Of a stretch of 64,000 nt of DNA, positions 48,620 to 62,500 are shown in pieces. The position numbers and the translations under genes were made by a program. Positions within the stretch are counted from its first letter, which is position 1. Each line of letters begins with the position of its first letter. Origin of the DNA: Eledone cirrhosa (lineage: Eukaryota); contig OZ024743.1 of NCBI GenBank assembly GCA_964016885.1, forward strand, positions 325,686,001-325,750,000, in the 5' to 3' direction. The notes under the pieces are model-generated. The model worked only from the letters and a program-made list of their open reading frames with translations, was not told the origin of the DNA and searched no databases.

Positions 48620-49027
48620 ACAAACTCCACCTTAAATGATGTATTTAAACACACGAAACATGTCAGAACTATCTGCGGGAATTGAATTATATATCGTATT
48701 TTGTACTTCACACAGAGACACATATTAGAGAGAGACCGAGCATGTGTTGTGCACAGTTACTGTTCTTGTATATAGTCATGTAAATGCAATACTAGACATG
48801 TGACAGGTCAAAGGTTTTGAGTTACAAGATACCGATCAGGAAGAGGGTGGCAGAGATTTTAACTCTTCGAAACCTATTTTGACTTGTATCTTTATTTACT
48901 GACGGCATTACTCGATCCATTGTATTGGACAACATTGTAAACACATATATCATCTACTTATACGCTGAAATTATTCCACTAACTTATCACATACGTGTCA
49001 GATTCACTCTCACCTTTACAACTGGCC

Positions 49028-49101
49028 ATGGAATCAACACAAGACTCCACTCGGCCTCCTATAATTAGCTTTAATGAAATACCAGACGACAAAACAAAAA
49101 G
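49028..49101 (+). CDS. GALK2: GALK2 coding exon 1 (inferred)
   Basis: gccATGG; MESTQDSTRPPIISFNEIPDDKTK-AG|gtgatt; phase 2 joins the next exon to give R-YEEL. Confidence 0.72.
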
Positions 49102-51498
49102 GTGATTTTTCATTCTTTAAAACATTTTTGTCTCTAACCTCTATTATTCCTTTCATCTTTTTTCTTCCGTTGTTTATTTGTTTATATATAACAGGAAGTC
49201 GGCATAAGTTTACTTCGATAAAAATGCATACAAATAAGAAGAATGTATCTTTCATTGTATCATCCTTTATAGTGTTACCGAAGTATTTATAATGTTATTT
49301 AAAACATATTTGTTATGTTATTCTACTGTAAATTTATTTATATCCTATTTATATTTTCATTTTGAAGGAATTGCAAACGATTTGTAATGTTGTTTGTGCA
49401 ACTATGAATAAAAGTATTTTGACAACCAATAAGAAGTTTTTATTTTAATGAGAGAGAGAGGGGATTTGGAGATGACCGGCATACTCAATCACACGCCCCA
49501 AGAGATTCTTCAGTTTCACTCTAATAATTTTAAAGACAAGTCAACACCTTCGCAGTTTTTTCCGCTGGTGATACGACTCTAAGGCGCTGGAATAACTAAG
49601 AGCCCTTGCAAGGCAATCCGTCAACAATGACAAGGACCTCGTCAATTTTAAGTGCCTGTATTCCAGTGCGTCTCTCATTATTTCGGTGGATTGGCAGTAT
49701 TGGTAGAGGGTCGGACGCCATGCTTTGACGTATAGAGTTACGGTCCTTGCCATTCTGAGTTCAAATCCCGCCGAGGTTAACTTTGCCTTTCATCCTTACA
49801 GGGTCGATAAAATAAAGTACCAGTAATGCACTGAGTAATTGTTGGCCTTGTGCCAAACATAGAAACAATTATTTCATCTAACTATTAATTTTATTTACAT
49901 ATAAACACTGCTTAGCAATTTATGAAAATACAGGTACAACAACGATTTTCCAGATCAGTGCCGAATTATCTGTTTAGCCAAACATTACGTGATAATTCCA
50001 AATAAACTACTATCAGGCTGCCGCCACGTTATTAAGATTTTCACTACGAATCTTCGCATCGCAGTCTTGTTTATTCTTTAAAGCACTTTCTCCCTACACC
50101 ATGATGTTAATATAAATGTGTAAATATTATGCCACTTACACGTGTTTCGAATGTTAGTAAAATATACAAAGAATGTTCCCTAATTCACCAGAGCTGCAAC
50201 AGTCACCGATATTTAGATAAGTACAAATAACACACAATTCCGCTTGTGGTCCCCCATTCTCTGGCGGCTCGCCTAACCGAGGTAACGGGTGATACTCGTG
50301 AAGGCGCTTGCCTGTTCCAGCGCATCAGCCTCGCCATCACCCGCGGTAACGCTGCGAGCGTGCTGGTTTGCCTCATAAATTATTAGGGAGGGTTTCCAGT
50401 GCTCCTACCAATATTGTTATCTTTTGTTCTGGTAGCGGTTCGTTTGTCCACCTCTTTCGCTTGCCTTTTGTTGTATGCGGTCCTAGATGTGTGTACTACC
50501 TGCTTGTGTGTGTGTTTTTTTCTTTTCTTTTTTCCTTTTCCTTTATTTATACAATTGTGAATAAATTAACTTTGCTCCTTTACCCAGTAAAATACTCTGG
50601 TGAATCGCAGGAAATTCAAGTATCCACCCATAATTATGTTCGGATTAAAAGCGGTGCCGGAAAATCAGTGTTGTACCGGTATTTGGGAAATTACGAAAGA
50701 GACAATACTGTTATAGCAGAAAAATAATTGTTTCTACGTTTGGCACAAGGCCAGCAATTATCTCAGTGTATTATTGGTACTTTATTTTATCGACCCCGTA
50801 AGGATGAAAGGCAAAGTTAACCTCGGCGGGATTTGAACTCAGACCATAAAGGGCCGTAACTCTTTGCTGCCAATCAGAAAAATAATTGTTTCTACTTTAG
50901 GCACAAGAGACAATACTGTTATAGCAGAAAAATAATTGTTTCTACGTTTGGCACAAGGCCAGCAAATACCCAGTGTATTACTGGTACTTTATTTTATCGA
51001 CCCCGTAAGGATGAAAGGCAAAGTCAACCTCGGCGGGATTTGAACTCAGATCGTAAAGGGACGTAACTATGTTGGAAAGCATGGCGTCCGACCCTCTACC
51101 GATACTGCCAATCCACCGAAAAATAATATTAGTAGCTTCGCTACACTCAAGATTCAATACTTTCATTCGTTTCGACACACTCCTCCAAAAAGTCTTCAAT
51201 TTCATACTTCTTAAATATTGGTACATTTTGGAGCCCTCTAAGTAGTCAGTAAAAATAGTGTTATATGAAAAGTCTTCTATAAAAGATACAACATTGTGTA
51301 TTTACAAATAATTACTAGATAAACATAATTATAATTTCGTTTTTGTATTTGTTTTGAAAAAGTTTTGATGTGACATCGTGTGTGGAAACAGATAGTTATA
51401 CTTTGGGAAGGTCATGTTACCAATAAAAGCAGCACCAGAGATACAGGGAAGCAAGAATACTCGTTGGGAAGGCCTCGGGGTGTGCGACGAAAGATCTT

Positions 51499-53809
51499 TA
51501 GCAGAAAACCAGTAATAGTAATATCACCAAGAAGAATTATAATGAATATTGTGTATTTGTTGTAACAGGAAAGGTGTGGATTTTGTTAAACGTGAGATTA
51601 GTGAATGTTTGTGGAATTAGTCGTAAAGCCTTCGTTAACATTTTTACATGTTTTATTTACAACTAATTACAAAGAGTTAAGTTGAGTGACATGTCAAAGT
51701 AAGAACAGACATTGCTAAGGGTTGAGAAGTGAATGTGGCATTGTGCCAAGGCTTAAGTAGGCCGACAGGCCAAAGTAAAATTCTCACCGTTACATGACTG
51801 TGTCTTGACCTTTCAGAGTCCAAGCAGCAAGAGAGAGATTTATAAATCGCTGCGGGGAATTTTTCCCTCAAGGTGGAAGTCGAGATACATTCTCCTACGC
51901 TGTCGGCGATTGGCTGAACTGAGCCAAACAACGCACGGAGAATGTATCCCTGAGCCCTCGGAATGTAGGTCACTACAATATCGCCTATCTAGTTGCAAGA
52001 CGATATATAAAATTGAATCAGCCGAAAAAATGCTGAAAGAGGGCACATCAATGAAAAAATTGAACAAAAGAATGCATGCAACAAGAAAAATTAGGCGCTA
52101 AAGGCTGTGTTGTGCCACTGTGTCAAATGACTAGCTGTTTTGCTATTTATGCGTGACCACCCGGGTACTAACAGAAAACGGATAAAGTCTGACATGGGCA
52201 AAGTTGCTGCTCTTGCATTAAATGTTAGCTGTTATGGTAGTTTACCAGTAGCTGTTGTCAATGATGGTGCTGTTCATGCTTTACCAGAACTGTATAGCTG
52301 TTATGGTAAGTGTTATACCAGAGCTGTTATGGTAAATGTTATACCAGAGTTGTATAGCTGGAGCTGTTATGGTAAATGTTGTAGCAGAGCTGGCAAGAAG
52401 ATGATGGGTAGGTGAGAAATTGTCAGCCTCCCAGATGAATTGCCGGAAGTGCTAGGCAGCCAGGAAAAAAATGGCTAGTTGCTTTGAAAAGAAAAAAGCA
52501 AGTTGAATCTGTAGGTAGGTAGTAGTTGAAGTGGTAATTCCATAATTCTGGCGAATCCATAGGAGAAATGCTGACAGGTCCAGTTCCATTTGTTGTTTTC
52601 CCAGTGAGTTGGGTAAAGTAACAAGATGGAGGTTGTTACGCTTGCAGATCATATACTATAAACAACAACATGTTGGTGTGTGACAAAGAAATGTGTGTGC
52701 ATATGCAGGCATGTAATACAGCAAAGAAAATGTGTGCGTGCAGTCATATATACAATGATAGAGAAAAAAAATGAATTTTCATATACTGTTTAAAAGAAAT
52801 AAATGTCCAAACATTGCCTGTAAAAAAAAAAAGAAAGAATTGTTTTTTAACAAAAAGTTCACTTTTTCTTTTCTTTGGGATAATTTTCGCTCTTACTAGG
52901 AAGCTAGTAGAATTGTTGTTGTTGTTGTTGCTATCGAGACGAAGTCACAGTAAATCTTCAGTAGAATCGAAGTCGAATTCACCATGCGTTGTTTATGGTT
53001 AGTGGTTAACCAATGTTGTCGCTGCTGCTGATGGCACCGAAGTTGTCATTGTAACCGTGTCGAAGCTGTGGTAGTCACTGTAGTGGTAAATGTGTTACCA
53101 GAAGCTGTAGGTGACTGCTATCCGTTGTGGTGGTAGTTGCGGGGGTATAACTACAAAGGTGTCACTCTGCATCAGTTGTTGCTGATGGCTGGTAGTAGAG
53201 AAGTACTTGGTGATAGCCATTTTGAAAATATTGTCCTTGTGTTCATGTTGAAATTTTTTGAAATACTGCAAATTTTTTCATTTTAAAGGAATATTTCGTA
53301 CTTAAATATTCCTCCGTCGGGGCTCACCAATTTGGCAGAAAACTAGTAATAGTAATATCACCAAGAAGAATTATAATGAATGTTGTGCATTTGTTGTAAC
53401 AGGAAAGGTGTGGTTTTGTTAAACGTGAGATTAGTGAATGTTTGTGGAATTAGTCATAAAGTCTTCGTTAACATTTTTACATGTTTTATTTACAACTAAT
53501 TACAAAGAGTTAAGTTGAGTGACATGTCAAAGTAAGAACAGACATTGCTAAGAGTTGAGAAGTGAATGTGGCATTGTGCCAAGGCCTAAGTAGACCAACA
53601 GGCCAAAGTGAAATTCTCACCGTTACATGACTGTGTCTTGACCTTTCAGAGTTGAAGCAGCAAGAGGAAGATTTATGAATTGCCGCAGGAATTTTTCCCT
53701 CAGGGCAGAAGTCGAGATACATTCCCCTACGCTGGCGGCGATTGGCTGAACTGAACCAAACAACGCACGGAGAATGTATCCATGAGCCCTCGGAATGTAG
53801 GTCACTACA
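51499..53809 (-). mobile_element. Non-autonomous LTR retroelement in GALK2 intron 1
   Basis: ~477-bp direct repeats at 51499-51977 and 53333-53809, starting TGTAGTG (minus) and ending CA/TA; tRNA-Trp-like PBS TGGTGAGCCCCGACG at 53329-53315; flanking duplication GATC(TT); ~1.35-kb interior with no pol. Confidence 0.88.
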
Positions 53810-55679
53810 GATCTTTGACAATTAGTAATTAAACAATCGACCAGTTAAACTAACCGATGTATGGATTACTTGTTCAACAAATAATGATTTCTACTATAAG
53901 TACAAGGCCAGCAGTTTGGTGGGGGAGGGGAAAATCGATTAAATCGACCCCAGTGCATTGCTGTTGCTTTATTTTATCGACCCTGTAAGAATAAAGGGCA
54001 AAACTAACCTCAGCGGGATTTGAATCAGAACGCAAAGGGCCAGAACTCTATGCTGCAAAGCATGGTGTCTGACGCTCTACCGACTGAAGTGAAACTCAAC
54101 TAGTGCGTGTGTTTTTATTAACAACATTGCCCTCCTAAAGTATATCATAATTCTTATCGTTACAATGCAATAATATTTATGTCCATAGAAATATCAAATA
54201 TCATTTTAATTCATTAAAGTAGAAAAAGAAGTAGAAAAAATAAAGAAAACTCAGTTTATAATCAAAGTAGCTATAACCTAAATTGCATTGTTTTCACCAC
54301 CCAATACCTACATCTAGGAATGAGACCACAAACTATATAAAAGGAATGACATATTCCACAGCTGGTATATGACTAAACATATACCAGCTGGTATTGATTG
54401 ATAAACATGATGTCTTGACTATAATTGATAATAGAATATAGTCAAAACAAACTATTATTTTGATATTATTATAGTAATGTACTGGGTAATTACTGGCCTT
54501 GTGCCAAAAGTAGAAACAATTATTATTTTACCTTGATGATGGGGGAGTGACAAAAACGGTTAAGTACCTGAATAAATGCCTTGCAGTAGTATATACCTTT
54601 ATGTTTCTGAGTTCAACTCCCGCCATTGCCTTTCATTTTTATGTGTTTAGGTTTGTGTTTATATTTTCATTCTGAAAGAATTGTGAACAATTTGTAATGT
54701 CCTTGCTTTTCCCTCCTTTTTCTCTCATGGCATTTATAGTCCTTTCCTCTACTTTCCCATACAGCCAGATCTGCCCTTCTTTACCCCCTTCTCCTTTTGT
54801 CATTACTTATTACTTTTGCTTTTATCTTTCTTTTTAATATTTATGTAATTATCAATGGTTTTTAAGCCAATTTTGTGAATAAATCAATATTGTTCTTGTT
54901 TACTTGACAAAAATCATTATAAACTATTCTCAATAAAATAATTTAAGTTTTATGCTTTAATAAAAAATATATGATTGTATTTTTGCAAAAAAATTGTAAT
55001 TTTATTTATACAACTCTAAGTTGATAAAATAAACTACCTTGCCCCCAAAAGGTGTATGACTTGTTTAGTCATAGATCAATGGTAACAACAACCACTATAC
55101 CATCACCACAAACACCTACATGTATATCACCCCTAGTAGTGGTAACAGCCACTATACCATTAACACAAGTACCTACATGTATATCACCTCCAACCAGTAG
55201 CAGCAACCATAACTTCACCATTAACACCACAAACCCCTGGTAGTGGCAACAGCCATAACTTCTTTTAGTTTAAAATCATTAAATCCACAAAATTCTCTAA
55301 AATACTAGACACTCAATGTTCTTCATCTTCTTCACCCTCTTATTCTTAAGAGGGCTGTGGGAGCAGAGTCCTCAAAGACTCCTTCCAGTGGGTCCTGTCA
55401 GAAACAACCATCTCCAACTGATCCAGCTGGATCCTCAAGCAAGACCAGCTAAACTTATGGATGTTATCCAACCATCTTGCCTGGGGTCTACCCCTGGGTC
55501 TCCTGTCAGTTGTTTTTGTTGTAAAATCTGTCCAACGATTCTTTCCTGAGACATTCTAACCACATGCCCATAATATCGGAGCTGTGATCTCATAATTCAG
55601 AGAAGTAGTGTATATATCAAATGCAGATATTTTTTTTCATAAAATGTCTTTTATTAACTCTTACTTTGCCTTATTTCAG

Positions 55680-55768
55680 ATATGAGGAACTTATTTCTGT
55701 CTTCCAGCAGAAATATGGTAAACAACCCCAGTTCTTTGCTCAGGCTCCAGGAAGAGTTAACCTCATAG
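55680..55768 (+). CDS. GALK2: GALK2 coding exon 2
   Basis: cag|A TAT GAG ... ATA G|gttagt; FFAQAPGRVNLIG is the galactokinase signature. Confidence 0.93.
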
Positions 55769-56298
55769 GTTAGTAAAGAATATTCAATTAACTATTTCTT
55801 CCTAATCCTGCCAGTGATATTTAAATGATTTTAAAAACATTAAGAAATTGGCTGTTACAATAGTCAATGTTATGTTATTGAATATTAAAGTGGCTATGTG
55901 ATATTCATTACAAAATGGTATCATGATAAAATGTACCCAGTACATTCTGTAAAGTGGATGGTGTTAGGAAGGGCATCCAGCTGTAGAAACCATGCCAAAA
56001 TATGGAATGTATGAGCAAGATGTGGTTAGCTGTCTCAAATCATTATAATCCGTACAACCCATGGAAAATGGACATAAAATGATGATAGTAATCTGTAGAC
56101 TGAGAAAAATTGATAATCATTATATTGTTTCCAGAAACATGAGTGTGATAAAGTCTTTTGAAAATGTATTAAAAAGGAACTTCGTGGTTTATTTAGCTGC
56201 CTAAATGATTTATAACAAAGACATATTTATCAAAACTTTACCATCACTGCCTTACTTTTGGTAATGTTCAATGATCCTTCTCTACTTGATTTCTGTAG

Positions 56299-56422
56299 GA
56301 GAACATGTTGACTATTGTGGTTACTCTGTCCTACCTATGGCTGTTGAACAAAACATCATAATTGCAGCTGCTTGCTCTGATGATAATAAAATACTCCTGG
56401 CTAATAAAGACTCAAATTTTGT
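56299..56422 (+). CDS. GALK2: GALK2 coding exon 3
   Basis: tag|GA GAA CAT ... TTT GT|gtatgt; GEHVDYCGYSVLPMAVEQ. Confidence 0.93.
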
Positions 56423-57075
56423 GTATGTATTTATATCTTGATTCAACATGTGTTTTATGTTATCTTAAGCTGCTTAGAGATTCTAGAAAAACCATTATGC
56501 TATTTTAGTTAATTTGTGTATAAATGTAATGCAAGTCCTAATTTTGTCTACACTGCAGTTATAAAGTCTTTTAAAATATTTTTTTGTTAATGTACAATGA
56601 TAGAGAGGATATAAAGAATATAAAATCTGAGCACATTCAGACTACAAGACTCTATTTGTTTCTATACATTTCATACAGAGACTCTGTATGGTGTTTTTGC
56701 CACAACAGTTTGTTGACACACAATCAGTGCATAAAATGTATTCCTCTTTCTTATATCTATGGGGTATTTAAGTTTAATTTCTACCCATACTCTTATTTCT
56801 CAATCTATCTTTACATTTAGTTTCAAAATGTACTGCTGTTTTGCTCTAAGATTAACTATTATCTAAGGAAGCTGTCTTTAAAACATGGCATTCCTTTAAA
56901 AAAGAATTAAATATGTATGGTGAGGGTGTTGACTGTTTCTTTCAGCTCATGAACATTATTTTTCCCCTTCTCTAAGGCACTCATTCTCTCCTCATTCATC
57001 TGTTCTCTTTCTTTATGTATTTCTATATTTTACCTTCACTCACACTTTTCTCTTTTTCCCATTCTTACACTCCAG

Positions 57076-57316
57076 TGACTTTGAGTGCCACTCTACAAAC
57101 CTGACCATCGCTGAAGGTACAACTTCATGGCACGTGTATTTTCTGTGTGGTCTTAAAGCTATTGAAGACAGTGGTCGTCTCCAACACACAATGACTGGTC
57201 TCTGCTGTATGGTGGATGGTGTGATCCCTAAGAGTGCTGGACTATCCAGTTCCAGTGCCCTTGTTTGTTGTTCTGCTCTGGCCACTGCTTTTGCCAATAA
57301 TCTGAACTTCACTAAG
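57076..57316 (+). CDS. GALK2: GALK2 coding exon 4 (GHMP kinase ATP-binding motif)
   Basis: cag|T GAC TTT ... ACT AAG|gtaggt; WHVYFLCGLK..VDGVIPKSAGLSSSSALVCC. Confidence 0.94.
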
Positions 57317-59157
57317 GTAGGTAGCTAGATAAATACACTCACTCACTCTTTGCTGTTGTTATAATTTCTTTTCTTCTGTCCTATAATCGGATTTAATATT
57401 TATTTGAGTGTGTCACTCATTAGCTACTGTGGTTTAGCCCCAGCCCTGATCAAGCAGACGTATGCTTAAAAATATTGAAACTGTTACCATCCAATCTTTA
57501 CCCACTCTACATTAGCCGAAGTGTCCACTTTTTGTTTGTCATGCTGCTGCTACGAAAAAAGGCCCCCTAGGTCTCTCTGTAATGTGGTAGTGCTGGTGCC
57601 AAAAGAAAAAGCACCCAGTACACACTGTAAAGTGGATGGCTTTAAGAAAAAGCATCCAGCCATAGAAACTGAGTGTATGAGCAAGTCGTGATCACATGAT
57701 CTATCCAGTCTCAGAACGTGACAGTCTGTCTAATTTATGCAACCATGGAAAATAGACATTAAATGGAAATGCCAGCAGGGAAAGCAGACATTAAAACGAC
57801 AATGATGATGATGATATATATACATCTTTTAATTCTTTTATTGATTTCATCTGTTTGTGTGAGGCTATGCTGGCACACTACCTGGAAGGTTGATCATATT
57901 GACCCCTACTATTTTAAATCTGGTAGTTTATCTATCTCTGTTGAACTGCTATGTTACTGACTGTGATAAAATAATTGTTTCTTGTGTTTTACTTGTGGTG
58001 GCGTGCACCCGGAGTGGATTGAGCCAGCTCCATCAAAGGAGTTCACAGTGTAAGTTCATTTCAATCGGGTTTCTTTGGGTGATTGGTTTTACAAGTGGTG
58101 CCCAGCCGCAAGTATATGCACGTTAGGATGGTGCAATCCAAGCATTACATCGGTTATAGCGCCAATCTCTTCCTTTCACACCCAACCTAATTTGGTGGAG
58201 CCAATGCCGCATGGGAGGGAGTTTGGCTGGCAGAGGTAATTAACATAACCTATTTGAGCCATTTTGTAGGCCAGCAGGAGCTCACCCCACTGTTCAGCTC
58301 AAACAAACCAACCCTCAGCACTGTTGTCTTGAACTTCCATTGATTCCAATGATGAGTGTTCCTATTGTTCAAACAATTGAGCTGCCTGCTCAGAAAATGT
58401 GCAAGTGCTGAGCATTCCAAAGGCTCATTAACAGTTCTCAAGGAGATTCAGCATGACATAGTGTGTGACAAAACTGATCCTTTGAATTACAGATACTCAT
58501 TTTTCCAGCTGAGTGGATTGCAACAATGTAAAGTCTCTTATTCAGGGACACAACACACTTCTGGGAATCAGACACAGGACTTTGCTATCATAAACTGAAC
58601 ATTTAACTACCAAGGCTTCACTAATGATTTATATACTATGTTAGGCTTCAGCAAGATTATATTTTATCTGCTGAGAAGTAATTTGGTGTATACTCCTCAA
58701 AACCAATGTTGTTAGACAGCATATACAACTGGCTATTTTGATATTAGTACCAAATTTAGGAGAGAAGATTGACAAAATAATTAGAGCTTCTAGAGTCAAT
58801 AAAATAAGTACTTTTCAAGTATTGGAGTTGACATAATAGACTGCCCTTCACTCTTTAAAATATTTCTAGTCTTGTGCCTGTGTAAGAAATCATTAAGGCG
58901 GTGGATTGGCAGTATCAGTAGAGCGTCAGACTACATGCTTTGTGATATATAGTTACGTCCCTTTACATTCTTAGTCAAATCCCACCAAAGTTAGCTTTGC
59001 CTTTCATCCTTACAGTAATGCACTGGGGTCAGTTTAATCGTCTTTCCCTCCCAAAACATTGCTGGCCTTGTGTCTAAATCAGAAATCGTTATTAAAACTT
59101 TCCTTCTCTATAGTATTTCTTCCTGTTCTTGTTTTATTATTTTTTCTTTTACTTCAG

Positions 59158-59256
59158 TCAGAATTATCTGAATTGTGTACTGTCAGTGAACGGTATTGTG
59201 GAACTCAAGGTGGAGGAATGGACCAGTCCATAGCTTTCATGGCAGAGGCAGGCCAG
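59158..59256 (+). CDS. GALK2: GALK2 coding exon 5
   Basis: cag|TCA GAA TTA ... GGC CAG|gtaaga; [23 protein letters not shown]. Confidence 0.94.
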
Positions 59257-59549
59257 GTAAGAAACATTTACCATTATCAATGGACCAATCCATAGCTTTC
59301 ATGTTAGAAGAAGGCCAGGTAAAAAGCATTCACCATCGTAAAACTGTCAGCTAAGTAACTTTTATTATGTCAAGTTTGCCTGGCTATACTAGATATGAAC
59401 TGCACACTCACAAAAGAGATGAAATTTAAAAAAAAATTGTAATGCTGGTGCCTTGGTAAAAGGTATCCAGCCCACGCTGTAAAGTGATAGTGCTGGTGTC
59501 ATGTTAAAATACACCCAGCCCATTCTGTAAAGTGGAAATGCTTAAGCCA

Positions 59550-62500
59550 TGATAAAATACACTCAGTACACTGGTAGTGTTGGTGCCAGATAAAATACAC
59601 TCAGTACACTGGTAGTGTTGGTGTCAGATAAAATACACTCAGTACACTGGTAGTGTTGGTGTCAGATAAAATACACTCAGTACACTGGTAGTATTGGTGT
59701 CAGATAAAATACACTCAGTACACTGGTAGTGTTGGTGTCAGATAAAATACACTCAGTACACTGGTAGTGTTGGTGTCAGATAAAATACACTCAGTACACT
59801 GGTAGTATTGGTGTCAGATAAAATACACTCAGTACACTGGTAGTATTGGTGTCAGATAAAATACACTCAGTACACTGGTAGTATTGGTGTCAGATAAAAT
59901 ACACTCAGTACACTGGTAGTGTTGGTGTCAGATAAAATACACTCAGTACACTGGTAGTGTTGGTGTCAGATAAAATACACTCAGTACACTGGTAGTGTTG
60001 GTGTCAGATAAAATACACTCAGTACACTGGTAGTATTGGTGTCAGATAAAATACACTCAGTACACTGGTAGTGTTGGTGTCAGATAAAATACACTCAGTA
60101 CACTGGTAGTATTGGTGTCAGATAAAATACACTCAGTACACTGTTAGTATTGGTGTCAGATAAAATACACTCAGTACACTGGTAGTATTGGTGTCAGATA
60201 AAATACACTCAGTACACTGGTAGTGTTGGTGTCAGATAAAATACACTCAGTACACTGGTAGTGTTGGTGTCAGATAAAATACACTCAGTACACTGGTAGT
60301 GTTGGTGTCAGATAAAATACACTCAGTACACTGGTAGTATTGGTGTCAGATAAAATACACTCAGTACACTGTTAGTATTGGTGTCAGATAAAATACACTC
60401 AGTACACTGGTAGTATTGGTGTCAGATAAAATACACTCAGTACACTGGTAGTGTTGGTGTCAGATAAAATACACTCAGTACACTGGTAGTATTGGTGTCA
60501 GATAAAATACACTCAGTACACTGGTAGTGTTGGTGTCAGATAAAATACACTCAGTACACTGGTAGTGTTGGTGTCAGATAAAATACACTCAGTACACTGG
60601 TAGTATTGGTGTCAGATAAAATACACTCAGTACACTGGTAGTGTTGGTGTCAGATAAAATACACTCAGTACACTGGTAGTGTTGGTGTCAGATAAAATAC
60701 ACTCAGTACACTGGTAGTATTGGTGTCAGATAAAATACACTCAGTACACTGGTAGTGTTGGTGTCAGATAAAATACACTCAGTACACTGGTAGTATTGGT
60801 GTCAGATAAAATACACTCAGTACACTGGTAGTATTGGTGTCAGATAAAATACACTCAGTACACTGGTAGTGTTGGTGTCAGATAAAATACACTCAGTACA
60901 CTGGTAGTGTTGGTGTCAGATAAAATACACTCAGTACACTGGTAGTATTGGTGTCAGATAAAATACACTCAGTACACTGGTAGTGTTGGTGTCAGATAAA
61001 ATACACTCAGTACACTGGTAGTGTTGGTGTCAGATAAAATACACTCAGTATACTGGTAGTGTTGGTGTCAGATAAAATACACTCAGTACACTGGTAGTGT
61101 TGGTGTCAGATAAAATACACTCAGTACACTGGTAGTGTTGGTGTCAGATAAAATACACTCAGTACACTGGTAGTGTTGGTGTCAGATAAAATACACTCAG
61201 TACACTGGTAGTATTGGTGTCAGATAAAATACACTCAGTACACTGGTAGTGTTGGTGTCAGATAAAATACACTCAGTACACTGGTAGTATTGGTGTCAGA
61301 TAAAATACACTCAGTACACTGGTAGTATTGGTGTCAGATAAAATACACTCAGTACACTGGTAGTGTTGGTGTCAGATAAAATACACTCAGTACACTGGTA
61401 GTGTTGGTGTCAGATAAAATACACTCGGTATACTGGTAGTGTTGGTGTCAGATAAAATACACTCGGTATACTGGTAGTGTTGGTGTCAGATAAAATACAC
61501 TCAGTACACTGCTAGTGTTGGTGTCAGATAAAATACACTCAGTACACTGGTAGTGTTGGTGTCAGATAAAATACACTCAGTACACTGGTAGTGTTGGTGT
61601 CAGATAAAATACACTCAGTACACTGGTAGTGTTGGTGTCAGATAAAATACACTCAGTACACTGGTGGTGTTGGTGCCAGATAAAATACACTCAGTACACT
61701 GGTGGTGTTGGTGTCAGATAAAATACACTCAGTACACTGGTAGTGTTGGTGTCAGATAAAATACACTCAGTACACTGGTAGTGTTGGTGTCAGATAAAAT
61801 ACACTCAGTACACTGGTAGTATTGGTGTCAGATAAAATACACTCAGTACACTGGTAGTGTTGGTGTCAGATAAAATACACTCAGTACACTGGTAGTGTTG
61901 GTGTCAGATAAAATACACTCAGTACACTGGTAGTGTTGGTGTCAGATAAAATACACTCAGTACACTGGTAGTATTGGTGTCAGATAAAATACACTCAGTA
62001 CACTGGTAGTATTGGTGTCAGATAAAATACACTCAGTACACTGGTAGTGTTGGTGTCAGATAAAATACACTCAGTACACTGGTAGTATTGGTGTCAGATA
62101 AAATACACTCAGTACACTGGTAGTATTGGTGTCAGATAAAATACACTCAGTACACTGGTAGTATTGGTGTCAGATAAAATACACTCAGTACACTGGTAGT
62201 ATTGGTGTCAGATAAAATACACTCAGTACACTGGTAGTATTGGTGTCAGATAAAATACACTCAGTACACTGGTAGTGTTGGTGTCAGATAAAATACACTC
62301 AGTACACTGGTAGTATTGGTGTCAGATAAAATACACTCAGTACACTGGTAGTGTTGGTGTCAGATAAAATACACTCAGTACACTGGTAGTATTGGTGTCA
62401 GATAAAATACACTCAGTACACTGGTAGTATTGGTGTCAGATAAAATACACTCAGTACACTGGTAGTGTTGGTGTCAGATAAAATACACTCAGTACACTGG

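Noticed and set aside
48625-48670. Additional hammerhead (…ATGATGT…ACACGAAACATGTCAGA)
   Set aside because: The GAAAC-AU-GUC half is present but the CUGA core and stem I are not; at best a decayed remnant.
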